Below, in pieces: positions 39,895 to 54,207 of a DNA stretch of 64,000 nt. The stretch spans positions 62,001 through 126,000 of the forward strand of contig CT868363.1 in the NCBI GenBank assembly GCA_000165425.1, written 5' to 3'. How positions within the stretch are numbered: the first letter of the stretch is position 1; each line of letters begins with the position of its first letter. A program made the position numbers and the translations under genes. Origin of the DNA: Paramecium tetraurelia. Lineage: Eukaryota. The notes under the pieces were generated by a model that saw nothing but the letters and a program-made list of their open reading frames with translations, searched no databases and was not told the origin of the DNA.

Positions 39895-42800
39895 TCAGTT
39901 TAATTTATTCTCATTTTGCTTTTATTTGTTCTAATACAAAAGGACATCATTCAATGTTAATGTTTAACATTTCTTCTTCAAAATAGATCTTGACACTCCT
40001 TATGGATCCAAAGAGGTTGATTGCATTCTGATAATAGAAGTAGGATTTGTTCCTGCAGGTTCATATACAACACCTTGCAAAGTAGAACTATTCTATGAAT
40101 TGTAATTCGTCAATCTGTATTTATTTGACTCCTTGAAATTCTGCATTATCTCCTCCTTGTTTTATTCGTCAATAGCTTAAGAAGCGTACAGCTTCTCTTC
40201 ATTCAACCCTTGTAACCCATCCTTTGTATGAACGCTGAATTATGATATGTACTCATATCTCTCATCACTTGATTATTCAGTATAATTCTAAAGTCCCCTT
40301 TTTGACTTTTCAAATATGTTAATTGTGTAAGATTTCCAAGTTTTAAAAATGATCAGCAAATGTAAATACTCCTGTAAGATGTTGAAATTCTAATAAGAGT
40401 ATTTGAAATCAAAAGATCCATCAATTGAATCAAATAACTTAATATCTCCCTAAGTTTACCCACTTTTCTATCTTTCCTTCATTTTCTCATTTAACTTTCT
40501 TTTCATAGCCATATCAAATAATTTCATCTCAGCCTTCCCTGCCTAAGTTCCATCCTTAAACACTTTATCCAAGAACGCAAATCTCAATGTTTCATATAGT
40601 AATTCATTGAAATTAACATAACTCCTTTTATCCCTAAAATGTAATAATAGATTACGCTCTAATCCTAAAATTAAATGCATCTTTCGCAGCATCCCATATA
40701 TTGTCTCCCTTCTAAGCCCCGAGTGGTTAATTCAGATCTAATAAAAATCTACCAATATATCTAGTGTGCATTTTGAGTCCCTTAGTATCGTATGTATAAC
40801 GGCACCAACAATTACAGAAATGATCGATATTCTCGACAAAGGTTTAAATCACATTCGTCGTAGTACTAAAAAAACCTATTATTTTATGAGTGTTTAAGTA
40901 CTTTCAAATTGATCAACCAAAGCTAATACAAATAGGTTCATTACTACTATATTGGATAGTAAATAGTAGGATAAAAAGTATGAATATGCCCATCCAGAAC
41001 CACATTGTTGGACATCATCTCGGCAATACATATTGGACCTACTACAATCAATAATTAGGGCTCTCCAATCATCTCCCGTTGTACATTTAAATAAGACTAA
41101 GGCAGCATTGATGAAATTCCTAAAGTTCAGGTAATACTCATCTATGGCTCTACCCTAAACATGTATATAGGTATCTATTTACTTTTGTGATATGACCAAA
41201 TAGACGGGTTCCTACCAGTGCATAAGTAGCCTGTATAGTTAATTATATGTAAAGTATTTTCACAAGTAAGGAGGATGTAAAGAACAAGACTCGCATCAAT
41301 CTCTAAAGTCCTTTAAATTCTTAGAATATCAGCAAGATCTTTATATCTCTACAGATCAAAAAGACTTTGGCTATGTAAATTATAAATTGATCCTATGAAC
41401 CATTCGTAAAAAGATGAAACCACCGTTTTTTCAAATCATACATGAAATCTGCAATTGATATGACTGTTATGATTAATTCGAACAATCTCCATCTTGAAGA
41501 CATATACCTGGTGACTCCATATGCCATAATCTTTATTATGCAATCAAAGGTGAATATGATAGCGTGCAATTGATATAATTAATTAGCTAAATTTCTAGTA
41601 TATTATGAGTGAATGTCAAATAGGAAACATAGTGCAATACTGTTTGTAACCAAAATACAATTGTATAAATACTTATAACTAAAATTATAGTATAAATTTT
41701 ACTATTTACTAAAGACTAACTTATAAGCCAATTTTCTAATAGTGGAATGAGGAGCATGAGAATAACCAGGTTTCTAATTGAGAACAATCGAGCAAATTTA
41801 TATAAATTGAGATTGGTCCTATGTTAAGTTTTTGTTTTCTATCTTTTTCGTAAATTTTTAAAATTCAGTAAATAACACACCAGTCAGAAAACCCATAAAA
41901 AACATAGCTCCTATGAAAATGAAAGTCACAAATAGTAAATAAGTGGCCCATTAAATTTTAAATGGAGAAGGTCCTGTACTTGAATTGCTGGCATTGTAAC
42001 ACACTTACATGATTTCCCCCCATGCATCTAATGAAGATATCATAGTTAATGTAAATAGTCCATTTACAAAATTATCGAAGTTATAAGGATGATTGATCCA
42101 CTGTTTATTTTACTTTTGGCACTCAGAATAACTGATATGAAAATTCATTAAATCCTCACAATACCCCATTTTCTTCTAGTATAAATGCATTGCAAACACA
42201 TTAAAGACCATAAACACAAATAGAATCACAGCTACTATATTGATTATCTAAATCAAGCTTTTAACCATCGCATTCTTTACACCTTAAACACTACCAAACA
42301 TATTCACCATCATTAGTGGTCTACAGAAAACTAAGTTACTACATATTTTACTTAAATGATGTGCCTATTTTAAAATAGGAGCTGAACTTATAAAACTCAA
42401 AAAGTATGCTGTAGTATAGGTCATATTAACCAGCTTCCAAAAATCCCTAAGGATAGTTCCTTCATTAAGGATAAAACCCTTTGCTATTATTTCAACTATG
42501 AATATGGCCAAAATCACAATGTTCTAAATCAATAGGATAACCTCGAAGTATTGATTCAAACTGGAGTCAAATAATTATTGGTTATTTGATAATTGAAAAT
42601 CAGACAGTATTTAGAATACTACAGATATGATTATGGTAACGTCATTTAAGAGTTTAAATGGTAAACTTTTAGAAATTCTATAACATATCTTTCTAAACCT
42701 ATTATTGTAAGAAAAAATAAAGCAAGAGTCAGCGCATTTAGTATCTTCGTAATAAATGAGTTCTATAATATTCAAAATAGTGTTTACAATATCTTTTTCT

Positions 42801-45800
42801 CTTTTTGATAAATAGTTTTTGAGATGTTTCTGGCAAATCTCTAATATTGATTTTGGCATGATGTTTTGATGAATGGGATTTCGTAGGTTGAGTACTTTAT
42901 TCCTTCACTCTAAAAATAACAAAGATCAAATACTATTCTTCTTCATTTTGTGTAATATTGTTATTTTAGCTATCAAATTAAATATTCTCCTATATTCCCA
43001 CTTTCCTTGCCAGAATCAAGGATTGATCTTGTTACTTTTCTACAACCCTCTCCAATTCAGAAGAGAAAGCATCCAATAATACTGCCATTACAAGACCATA
43101 GATCAGATAATTTATTGTAAATACGGTTATGAAATAGAATAGGATTCCTATCCAAGGTTGTTAAAATTTGATCACAACTTTTAACATACCAACAGCATCA
43201 TCATTTGTGCTGATGTTAAATATGGTCATCCAAGACTTTGCAAAACTCTTAAAAGAGTGTAATTATGATAAACTCTCATTTTCTTAGAAATTCTCAATGA
43301 AGAATTACATTCCCAAAATAGAAAATATCAAGATGATAGATAACATTAAAAACATTAAGCTCAAATATCTAGTAGATTAGATTATTTTATTACTTCTTAA
43401 ATGTGATCTTTGCAATTCTCATAATCCTGGTTACAAATTAATTATATTTGATAATTCTATATAATAAAATTGCATTAGTTGCTCTGAGTGCCTTTATTTC
43501 ACTTGCATAATTATCTTTTTATGGAATCTCAGTGGATATGATTATAATGTATATAATCTAAGTTATTATGACCATTGAGTCTAAGATGTTCTCTCCTTCT
43601 TATCCAAAAAGTACTTAAAATAAATGTTTATTATATACTAATGCCTTAGCTTATTAACTTCAAAGAAATCTGAACGATTAGTTAGAATGTCATATATAAA
43701 TTAATCTACTCTATAAGTTCATCATCTAAAAACCCAATTGAACATAGAACACAAAAACTCAACAAATTTGAAAAATCAAAAACTAAATTGATGAAACTAT
43801 TGTTTAACCACATTTTTATTTTTAACTAGAAAGACTTCCATAACCCAGTAAAGCCTATCATCCAAATATGAATTTCTTTAGAATTTAAAGATCTGAATAT
43901 TGACAGCAGACTTAGTTTTTTATTCTTGATGACATCAAGTAAGGAAATGTTTTGCTTAAATATTACATTATTCTTAATTTCCAATCTCTAATAAATAATT
44001 ACTTAATTCTTACACGATATTTCAGGTATTAAAAAAATAGAGAATTCAAATCCTCTGTATCTGGAATCTCTTGCTCATTTTCTAATGTTCTATTGATTAG
44101 AATAGACACAGATTCATAATTCCTTTTGACACCATTTAAAAAAATAAAGGGTTCTCCTTCCTAATACTCTGGAAATTCAAAAAAGAAGTCGCTCCTCTGT
44201 TTTTTTATTGTAAGCATAGTTTTTCTTTGGGATCTGAATTTCCTTTCAACACTAGATGATTTAGAAGATTGTCTCTTTGGAGATAGTATTTCTATTTCAT
44301 CGTTTCTTAATTCTTCAAATGTTTGAGATTATACCTATATTTTTCTTTTGGTTTTATTTATTGGTAAGATACTACTTCTAATCATCTTGTTACAAGTATT
44401 TTAGTACTATTTAAGGATTTCATCATCAAAATAGAATTGATGAATTTTTTTGGATCTAATTTTTTATAATTCTGTAACTAATTTTTTTTCCTTTAATAGG
44501 TATTCTTGTTTTTATCCTAAGACTTCGCTTTAAGAGTTTGAAACATAATCTTTGTATACCACTGACACTTTCCAACCTAAAACATCATGCGTTTATAATT
44601 AATGTAGAATATCCATTTCCTCTTCATTTGAGTTTTAAAATTAGAATGTCTATTCTAAAATTAATGATCTTTTCGGTAATATTATGTATCTCAACTTGCA
44701 CGATGACTTTATTTTACCTATAAAATTTGTTTTTTTTTCATCATTCAGCTCTTCCATTTCTCTTCTTTGTCGAGCTGAAAGTACATGAGCATATTACTTT
44801 TTTTTTTAAGTTTTTTCAATTTAACTTTTAGCAAATCTTTGAATTTTCTTTGCAGTACTCTTTGCAACAATTCTAGCTGATATTTAAGGACTCAAAATCG
44901 ATGAATTTCCGCCTTATTAGTGTAGGAACGGTTATTTCATTGTATAATTATTGATAATTTAGGATTAAGAGCTATCTTAAGATTATTATTATGTGTGAAG
45001 TTTAGCTCTTTATAGCACCTTTAATTTCTAATAAAGTCCTAAATCCTTTATAAATCTCAGATTAATTTCAATTTGATCATCCTACTCTTTTCTAACATCC
45101 TCTTGATCCTGCGAATAGTTGGCAACTATGTGTGAATAATATGTCTTCAAAATAGCTATAATCAAATTAAATGCAAAGAATCCAACTATGAATATCACAA
45201 ATACAAAGTATATCCAAGTCAATGGACTTTAAGTGTAAAGAGTAGGATACATCAAATCAGTCCAATTATCCATTGTAATGATTCTTATGATAGAAATGAA
45301 AGAATTAATGAAGTTATTAAAATTAGTTATTGGATCTGGAGCAAATATGATTGGAACGTTAATACATGTCGAGTAAATTGGACAGTCTAGCCATCCACAA
45401 TACTAATCAGACAATATAAGTCCTTCTTCTAAGTAAACACATTTGTTGTAAAACGCAGTTGCAAACTAATGAAGACCTATATTAGCAAAAAGAACACAAA
45501 ATATTAAGACAATCAACAAAGCTTCGAGCATGTATCTTAATGATTGAATAAGTGCTTTGAAAGTTAATTGCAATTATGAGGATAATTAACTTAAGAAAAT
45601 CAATACTCTTATTGCTCTTAAAGGCGAAAAGTCAAATGAAATCAGTCCATATGTTACTAACCCCAAAATCACTACATTTATCAAATCAAAAATATTCCAA
45701 AATTGACAGAAAAAGTTTACTATATTGTGGCCTGACACTCGTATACAAATTTCTAAAACATAGATTATAAAAAACACTAAATAACTATTTATTTATACCC

Positions 45801-46557
45801 TCCTGTTGTGTATCAAAAAATTCTTAATATTGCTCATAAAAATTGCCATAATATTTTGTTATTAATAAGATTATGTTTGTCGTAATTATAAAAAGCATCA
45901 CATATCTATATACTCTACTTGATATGATCATTTCGCAAATCTAAGATAGCAGCTCCAATAAAAGAACTATGTATTTTCTCAATTTCAAAAGGGGATAAGA
46001 ATCAAAATAATTATGGAAGTTATTCAAAATAGCTTCTATTCCTTGAGAATTTATCAATCTTAAATTGTAGTTGTCCTCGTAGACGTTCCTTCTTGATCGA
46101 ACATGATATTCATTCAAAATTTCTTGCTAACCTTATGACTTTACATATTCAGTTTAGTGATCTCTGATGTTTTCTTGACTTTTTTAGTTGTACCTATGGT
46201 ATAGAGAGGTGTTTTATTCATCATTTATTAGGCCCTCAAAAGATCGATATACTTTACTTTGTTCTTACTTTCGACCTATTCTACTTTCAAGTTCTATAGC
46301 ATCAATAAGCTATTTTTATTTGTAATCTTTACTTCGAAATTGAGAACTGACCTATTGATGTTTACTTCTTCATCTATTCCCTCGCAATAACTTTCATTTT
46401 GATTTTGAGTCAATTGAATTTCTTTTAAAGATGTAATGTAATTATTTTAAGTCTTTTATTCCCTTTTGCCTTATACCAAATAATTACCTCTTTGAAAGCC
46501 TCTTAGGTTTATTTGATCTACTATTCGCTCTAGGTCGCTTTTGCGATATGGCCTCAT
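39895..46557 (-). CDS. Four-domain Cav/Nav-type cation channel alpha subunit
   Basis: Four S1-S6 repeats (FWNIFD, FFAFNLIIAI, FLTGVLF, LNLFVLALVDQF), P-loops TMDNW / TNDDA / SLDAW / TGDDW, EF-hand-like region (APLYIR.LGTQ) and degenerate IQ (IFKTWKSY). Confidence 0.9.
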
Positions 46558-46939
46558 TAATTAATCCAAAAAATTAATCAGACTCTTCATCATTTTTTGG
46601 TTTAATCCTGATTGCTTGCTTGTTAAGTGAAAGCTTTTTACCTACATTACATTGATAAAATAAGACTTTATATTATTGTGTAAATATTAATAAATTGTTC
46701 AATGAATTTACATTAAGAAAATTTAAATTCCATTAAATCTTGCTAGATATTTAAATTAAAAATCTTGCACCTATTAGGATCTTGATTATTGTCCTATATA
46801 TTACAAGATTTTACTTCTTAAATAAGTTTGCCCTTAAATTATAACATAAAGTATGGTATTAAAAAGATTAGGATTGAAAATCTAATTTGAATTATTGCAC
46901 ATAATCCAAAGCAAAAAGTGTTATTATTGCTATTTATTC

Positions 46940-47277
46940 ATGCGTTTATTATAAATTGAATTAGGATTACTTTTAAGAAAAACTACTGTTTAATAAGCCA
47001 ATCCATATTTAAGATATAGAATTGTTGCTGATGAGTTAAATGATTATTGTTAAACAGAGACATTCATGTCTTATTCTTCAAAATATCTTATTCTATGTAA
47101 TTCAACTGAAACTAGAAAAGATTATAAATTTACAGTGAATGAAAATCTTTATTCCTAAATAATAGAACTTTTTAATTACATTAAAACTGTTCCTAAAGTA
47201 ATTAGATTATCAACCATTAGATCGCGAATTATGTATCTATCTCTCCCTTAATTTCTAAATTGCTGAAATAATCGTGA
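46940..47277 (+). CDS. Possible small ORF or decayed gene remnant
   Basis: MRLLQIELGLLLRKTTVQQANPYLRYRIVADELNDYC... with one plausible 23-nt intron; no recognisable domain. Confidence 0.25.
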
Positions 47278-48075
47278 TTTTAAATCTTAAATAAGATTAG
47301 ATGATCTTATTTTTTACATAATAGGACTTAATCAACCAAGTGATCCTATCTGAACATCTAAAATAATAAAGTGAAAGATTCAACAAAATTAATTAAAAAA
47401 AATATAATTTACTTCAGTTTATTCTTTTAATGTTTTTCCTTGCAATTACTTAAATGGAATATTATAAAAAGGAGTTTTTGAATTTGCCTGCCTTATATCA
47501 TTTGATCTTTTAAATTCCATTTCAAATTTTAGCACTAATCAATAAATTATTCTACATTAGGTAGATTTTTTAAATTAATATTCTAATAAAATTTTCAAGG
47601 CATTAAATTTAAAAGCAGCAAATTGATAGAAAATTTCTAAAATAGTATTTACTTACAAGTAATTTATGATGATTAAATTATCACAATACTGAAATATAAT
47701 CTAAAAGTAATAATTCGCATAATTAATAATTGGAGACATAATGCTATTAGATTTTAACATTCTTATTTAAATAAAAATTATTGATTATTTGAGTTTGAGT
47801 TAATTATAAATTTATTATTCTAAACTTTATTTATTAAACTAATTGTTAGTTTCTTCTAAAAGACTAAAAAAAGAGGAAATTTAGATACAATTTATGTATT
47901 TTGTAGACTTCTAAAAGAAGTAACATTGTATTGATGTAGGTACAGTTTTTAATTATAATAAGAAATAGGGATGATGTTCTATTTTCAAAAAGGGATTGTG
48001 AGAAAAAAGGAAGAATAAAAGTAAATAAAAATTCGATAGAATGGTGATAACTTTTGAATGATATTATTGAATAGA

Positions 48076-49286
48076 TCATGCTCCTTTGAGTTATGATTTA
48101 ACATAATCTTAAAATCTTGGTTAGTTGAGCAATTCTAAGGCTTGGTTGGCAGCATTGATTTCTTTGTTGTATTCTGCAACGGTTGAATTGTAGACATCGG
48201 TGGCAAAGGCAAAGTCATCGTTTTCAGCTTATAATTATCCGTTGAGGGTTGCTAAATCAGCATCGAGTTCATCGATGAGGTCAAGGGTTTATTCAATCTT
48301 GGCTAAATGGATTAGATATGTAAATAGTACTTGCGTTGGCTTCGATTTCAGCATTCTTGACAACGACAGCTCTTTAGAATTCAGCGTGTTCTTAGTTCAA
48401 TTAGACAACTTGGGCGTTGAAGTCGGTAACAGCTTAAGCTTCATCGGCTGTGATTTAGTTGAGAGAATCAACTAATTCAACTCTCAAGTTGTTGAAGGCG
48501 ACAATAATCTAGGAATGAGAAAATAGATTACGTCTCTGAGAGCACCTTGATCGGCGAAGTTGGATTCGACTGTGATTTCCAAAAGGACTTTGACGAAGAT
48601 TTGGAATTAGTTGTGCTTTTTCAAAGAGTTTTGGATTTTGGTGAGGTTCTTTTAAACTTCTTGATTTAAGCAAGAGATGGGGTAGCGATTGTGCTCAATA
48701 ATTAGAGGCATTCATCGATGGCACCAATAGCATCGTTGTGTTCGACGAACTTAAGCTTCAAAGGTCTCGTGATCGTTTTCTCTTTAGACTGTGGATTCTT
48801 GGAGTGTTCTTCTGTTTTAGGCGATGTTTTCTTATAATTATTCAAGTTAGGCAGCAAATCTATCTCTTTATGGGATGAGGACATTATCATAGAAATCGTG
48901 AGCGTTGAAGAGTTCTAAAAGGGATCAGAAACTATTGGTACCTCTTTCCTTGTCTTAGATTTCTTATTCAAGTCTTGCTACTTCTCTGTTATGAACGTCA
49001 GTTCTTCTGTTATATTCGTGATGGACTCCAGCTAATTCCTCTTCTAATTCACCAACCTTAATTATTAGTGATATGGGTTTACGAGTTTTTCAATTTCGCT
49101 GTTGAGTTCAGAGAGAATACCTCCGGTTGACATGTGGAGTTCGGCATAATTCAAAATGAACTTTCCCCAACCAGATGAGTGAATTTAAGCAAGAGCCTTT
49201 TAGTCTCTACTAGTCCAGATGGAGGATTAGACATTGATGGCTGTTGCACCAAGCACCAACAATACACAAAGAGTTAGTTTTAGCAT
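48076..49286 (-). CDS. Trichocyst matrix protein precursor, T1 family
   Basis: [78 protein letters not shown] matches Paramecium T1 as recalled; high-expression codon bias. Confidence 0.92.
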
Positions 49287-49340
49287 TTATTGTAATTATT
49301 ATTGACATACGTCTGAGGATTATTTTGTGCTAAAAAATCG

Positions 49341-49350
49341 AAAAACGAAT
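49341..49350 (-). promoter_or_regulatory. Candidate TMP upstream element ATTCGTTTTT
   Basis: 54 nt upstream of the minus-strand T1 ATG at 49286. Confidence 0.65.
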
Positions 49351-49427
49351 ATTTATTTTCATATATAAAATATAAATAATTAATATTATTTTTAATGATC
49401 ACTCCATTAACATTTTGATGAATATAA

Positions 49428-50851
49428 TCATAAATCAATAAAACTCTTCTATTTACTCTTGGATCTCACAAATTCTTGCACATACTCTTCCTTGATTGAG
49501 ATTTCTCCAGTCTAAGGGTTGATCAGCACTCTTTTTTCATCGCAAAAGTAGGCAGCCGGAGTCAATTTTATAACACAATGTAAAGGTATATCCAGAGTGG
49601 GTACTTCTGGTATCTCATTTTGATGAAAGTAAGCATATAAGCATCTTAAAATGGCTTAGTGAGCTATGATCATAACTGGTTGTCTTGATCTTTCAATTCT
49701 CAAAGATCACAGGTTCAATTCTACTAATCAAATCTAAATATGACTCTCCTCTTGGATATCTATAACCTAATTTATTGATTTTTCTTTCCTAATAAATATT
49801 TATATTAACAAATGATTACTTAGAAATCACTGGGGAATTTCTATCCAATTTCAGTATAAGTCATTCCATCACAAATTCCAACGTTGATTTCATCCAATGT
49901 CTTAAGTTGCAATGGCTAGATTTCTAATTTGGATGCTACGACATCAGATGTGTGAACAGCTCTTCTCATTGTTGAGGTTAAGAATATGATCTCATTCTTA
50001 ACTTCCTTTATGGGGAATTCCTAGAAGAAGAAATCTGCCAACTTGTCTGCGTACATCTCGCCTAACTCTGATAAATCGGAATCTCCTCCTACTCTATCAT
50101 CAACATTGTACTGGCTCTCTCCATGTCTAGACAAGTAGATTGGTCTCGGGTAGGTATGCAGATTCATTATAAAGGATACGATCTTGGACAACAGAAAGCC
50201 ATAGACTTAATGAACTATAATCTAAGCATGGAAACATGTTTAGTACGTCTGTTCCGACGTTCATTGTCTTGATGTATGAGAGATCCTCATCGTCGGTTAT
50301 AGTTTCATAGATTTGCTCGTACATCTTGATTCTATTAAGGAAATCTATTGTTGCTTCATCAGAGTTCACGTTGCAATAATCTGGATTGTTGATCTTAGTC
50401 AGTCGGATATTATTTTAAATCACTTTAGAATCATTACAAATGGATTCAATCCACAGAGTTTGAATTCCATTAAAAGACGATTTCAAATCGCTTTCGATCT
50501 AATGTCTTCTTTCTCTTGTAATGTTTGTTCCATCTAATATCCCTACGTCTCCTCCGTTCTTAAGAAATTATATTAAATCTTATAATGCCATTTTTGCACA
50601 ATCATTCCTTGCTTTTTAAGCCTAAATTTACTTGTTATTTATAATACTTCTTCGTTTTGAGGATCAAAAAATTTAGAATTGCATTCAGTACCACAAATTT
50701 CTCGTCTGTAATTACCATTTATGAATACTCTGCTCTTGTAACCTAACCAATTGAAATAACGATTCAATTTCCGAGAAATATAAGTTTTCCCTCTAGCTGG
50801 CAAACCAACTGTACAGATGGCTATTTTTTAAGATCTATTGCATCCCTACAT
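49428..50851 (-). CDS. PFKFB: 6-phosphofructo-2-kinase/fructose-2,6-bisphosphatase
   Basis: VGLPARGKTYISRKL, YLSRHGES, LDEINVG, YRYPRGESYLDL..IEPVIFEIER, IAHQAILRCLYAYF. Confidence 0.95.
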
Positions 50852-50893
50852 ATTATAAAATTTTAAATAATTCTTAGCCTTAAAATAATTTTA

Positions 50894-51334
50894 ATGTTCA
50901 AGTGGTTCAATAAAGATAAACCATAACCTCCAACAAAACTCAATAAACCCTATCCTCAACTCTCCAGAGAACAAGCTCAAGAAATCCTTGCTAATTTTTC
51001 TTATAGAACCATGGCTGATCTCATTTATAAAGATGATTCCCATCCAGATCTGAACGTAGAATATGAGTAAAAAAAGTAAATTCAATTGAAAACTGAATGT
51101 CACATGGACGAACAAGGAAATCTGTATTTCAATTAAGAAGAGCAATTATCTTGGGTTGATGAGGATTCCCATTATGAGGAAGATGAATTAGACAAGCAAA
51201 TATACGAATAAATGTATGAGGAAATGTAGGAAGAACTACAGCAAAGAGGATAACGAGAACATTTCAGACCAATCACTGGTCCGGAAAACAATGATAATGA
51301 TGAGTGGGAAACTGATAGCGATGAACAAAATTGA
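50894..51334 (+). CDS. Small acidic hypothetical protein (146 aa)
   Basis: Intronless frame MFKWFNKDKPQPP...EWETDSDEQN-TGA. Confidence 0.65.
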
Positions 51335-51359
51335 ATTTTTTTATATATATTTTTATCTA

Positions 51360-52060
51360 TCAACCAAAATTGCCATGAGTCTCTATCAGTTCAATCCCTT
51401 TTATTGTTATTTTATTGGATATCTACAAACTTCCCACCAATTTTTGATAATCATTCTAAAAAACATTTTTCAACAGTAGAATTCCTATTCAAATCAAACA
51501 CCATGTATTACCATCACTTTTCATCATCTCCAATACTCTTGTATATGATTGTTCCTCTGTCGTGGCCATTATCTTAAATAATCTAAACAAATTTAAATTC
51601 ATTACTATCCATCTATCATAATCTTTATTTTGTAAACTAAACCATCCTACTCTATAATGCTCTAATATAATTCTTAAGTTTTCTTACTTGGCAAATACTA
51701 TACACTATTATTAAATACTTACAGAGGAATTTGCTCTTTGCTTAGATAATGATTTTGGTTACAACTTCTACATCTTGTAATACGATGTTTGCTAATTGAT
51801 TCTAGTGAATAGCTTTTAGTTTTCATCCATTATCTTCTATTGAAAATCCTTTCTGGTTTTATAATTTAATGTTGTTTTAGTTGGAGTTGTTGAACTGTTT
51901 CTCTGTTTCGTTGTAATGCCAAGTATTTTTTGAAAAAGTAATTGGTTCTCTCTCTCTATTTGTCTGGCCTTCTCCTCTTGAATGTAACACTGACGGGCTG
52001 TCCTCGACTAGGTTACGATATACCTCTTTATTTGGATTACGGAATCGGATTTGGAAACAT
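51360..52060 (-). CDS. CFAP97/Hemingway (KIAA1430)-like basic protein
   Basis: Two repeats RENQLLFQKI and KIMDENQKLFTRI separated by TLNYKTRK; small introns. Confidence 0.6.
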
Positions 52061-52071
52061 TAATTTATTAA

Positions 52072-53945
52072 ATGAATCTACAAGCTATAAAGGAAGCTGC
52101 TCTCTAATTGTATTTATTTTAAATTAAAACAATAGAAAAGATAAACTTACAAAACCACCATTAACTGATATCTTAATAGAAGCTACCTCAAATGAAAATT
52201 GGAACACACCCACTAAATTATTATAAGAGATTTCAGAAGCATCATTTATATTGTATGAGACAAACAATTAAATATAGCACATAATGTGATACTATCATGA
52301 AATTTATATGGAAGCGACTTGATTCGGACAATCGGGAATGGAGAAGAATTTTGAAAGTATGCCTTACTTTACTATTAGACACTCAATCTAATTGAGTATT
52401 TGACTAAGAATGGAGCACCCCGTTGTGTTGGAGAATTCAGAGATTCTATATTTAAAATAAGAAGTTTTTCGGATTTCATTTTAATTGATTAGGGTTCTGA
52501 CAAAGGACTTGCAAGTAGATTTGAATCAATATAAATAGTTCGTGATAAGAGTAAGTAACTTGTTGATTTACTCTGCGACGAGAAGTAAATTGAAGAGGAA
52601 CGAGAGAATGCAAAAAGGATTCGTGAGCGTTTGGCAGGCAATATTCTTAATTAAATTTTAGCTGCAGGAGGAATTGGAGCCATAGGCAGTAATACAAATT
52701 ATTAAGGTTATGGAAAAGATACCTACAAGAACGACTCATATAAAGGATATGGGAATGAATCTTATAAAAATGAAGCCACTCGAAATAATACCAATGAATA
52801 AAATACTACTACTACTACTAAATCTGATTAATAAACATATTGTAAATCATATATCAATAAAATTTAGAATCAAAGTATGGAATCTGGGATAATAGTGGTC
52901 TTGAGAAATATAAGAAAGCAGAAACTAAAAATAACAATAACAATAATAATAGTAATAACAATAACAATAATGATGCTATTTAATGGGATGTACCTAAACC
53001 TGAAGTAATTTAACCTACATTCAAAGAAACTATTTAAAAATTAGCCAAGCAAAATGAAAAATGGGATGTTCCAGCCTCAAGGCCTACATAATAATAACCA
53101 TAATAAGTTTAATAGGCAAAACCATAAAATACTTAACCATAACAACAATAAACTTAGAAGTAAAATGTAATTGATATTTTTGATTTCGAACCTTAATAAA
53201 ACTAGTATCCATAAGTTCAACAGATCTAACCACTTTAACCTCCTCCATCTTAAAAGTAGAATAATAATGATTGGGGGTCCTTTGATAATGTAAAACCCTA
53301 AACCTCTACACAATAATAAACATAATAATAAGTTATTTTACCTTTAGATGCATTTAATTAATAAGCTTAATAATAATAGATATAATAATAATAGATATAA
53401 CAATAATAATAATAGTAGTAATAATAATAATAATAGATATAGTTATAACAATAATAATAGATATTATAATAATAATAAATGTAAAGATAATAAAATAATT
53501 TCTTTGGATAAGATCTTTAACAAAATTAGTAATAATAACTACAATAACTATATTAATAATAATAATTTTCATAACCACAATAATATTATCAATAATAACA
53601 TCAAAATTAATAATCAAATTTGAATCTTTATTAATAAAATTATCAATAACCTTTATAAGTAAACTATAATTAATAACAATATAATTCTATGAATCATCAA
53701 TAGTAGTAGTAGTTTTAAGTTAATTAATAATAGTCTAACTATAATTAGTAAAATGTGTAATAAACAAAGTAGGATGATTTAGTGTTTGGCGATTTTATTT
53801 CAGCCTAATAATAAAAATAACCAACCAATAATTAAACAGACCTTCTGGGGATGTTGGATTTGAAAAAAGAAAAAGAAGAACTAGAGAGCAAGAAATAGAT
53901 TCCATTAGGAAATCAATAAATTTAGCAGAATTAAATCTACCCTGA
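52072..53945 (+). CDS. ENTH-domain (epsin-related) protein with poly-Gln tail
   Basis: EATSNENW..IWKRL..EWRRILKTLNLIEYLTKNG..DKGLAIRDKSKQLVDLL ENTH domain; Q-rich disordered tail with clathrin-box-like LIDIF. Confidence 0.92.
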
Positions 53946-54207
53946 CATCGATAACTTTGCATATAACTATCAAAAAAAATAGTAAACATTTAGCAATTGT
54001 AATTTATTTGTGCTATTCTAGATTAATATCCATAAGGAAGATGAAATTATGAATAATAATTACATTATATTAATTATGAATGATTTTTCGATGAAATTTT
54101 GAAAAAATTTGATTTCAAATTGTATTTAAATACAAAATGAAGAATTAATATTATGTGAGAGACACATGATGTTATTTCATCTGGATAATGATTAAATTAA
54201 TTAAGAA

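Noticed and set aside
52920..53780. (TAA/CAA/TAG)n microsatellite-like tract; ORF track shows poly-Asn and poly-Ile ORFs
   Set aside because: It is the poly-Gln tail of the ENTH protein under the ciliate code, not a separate repeat or gene.
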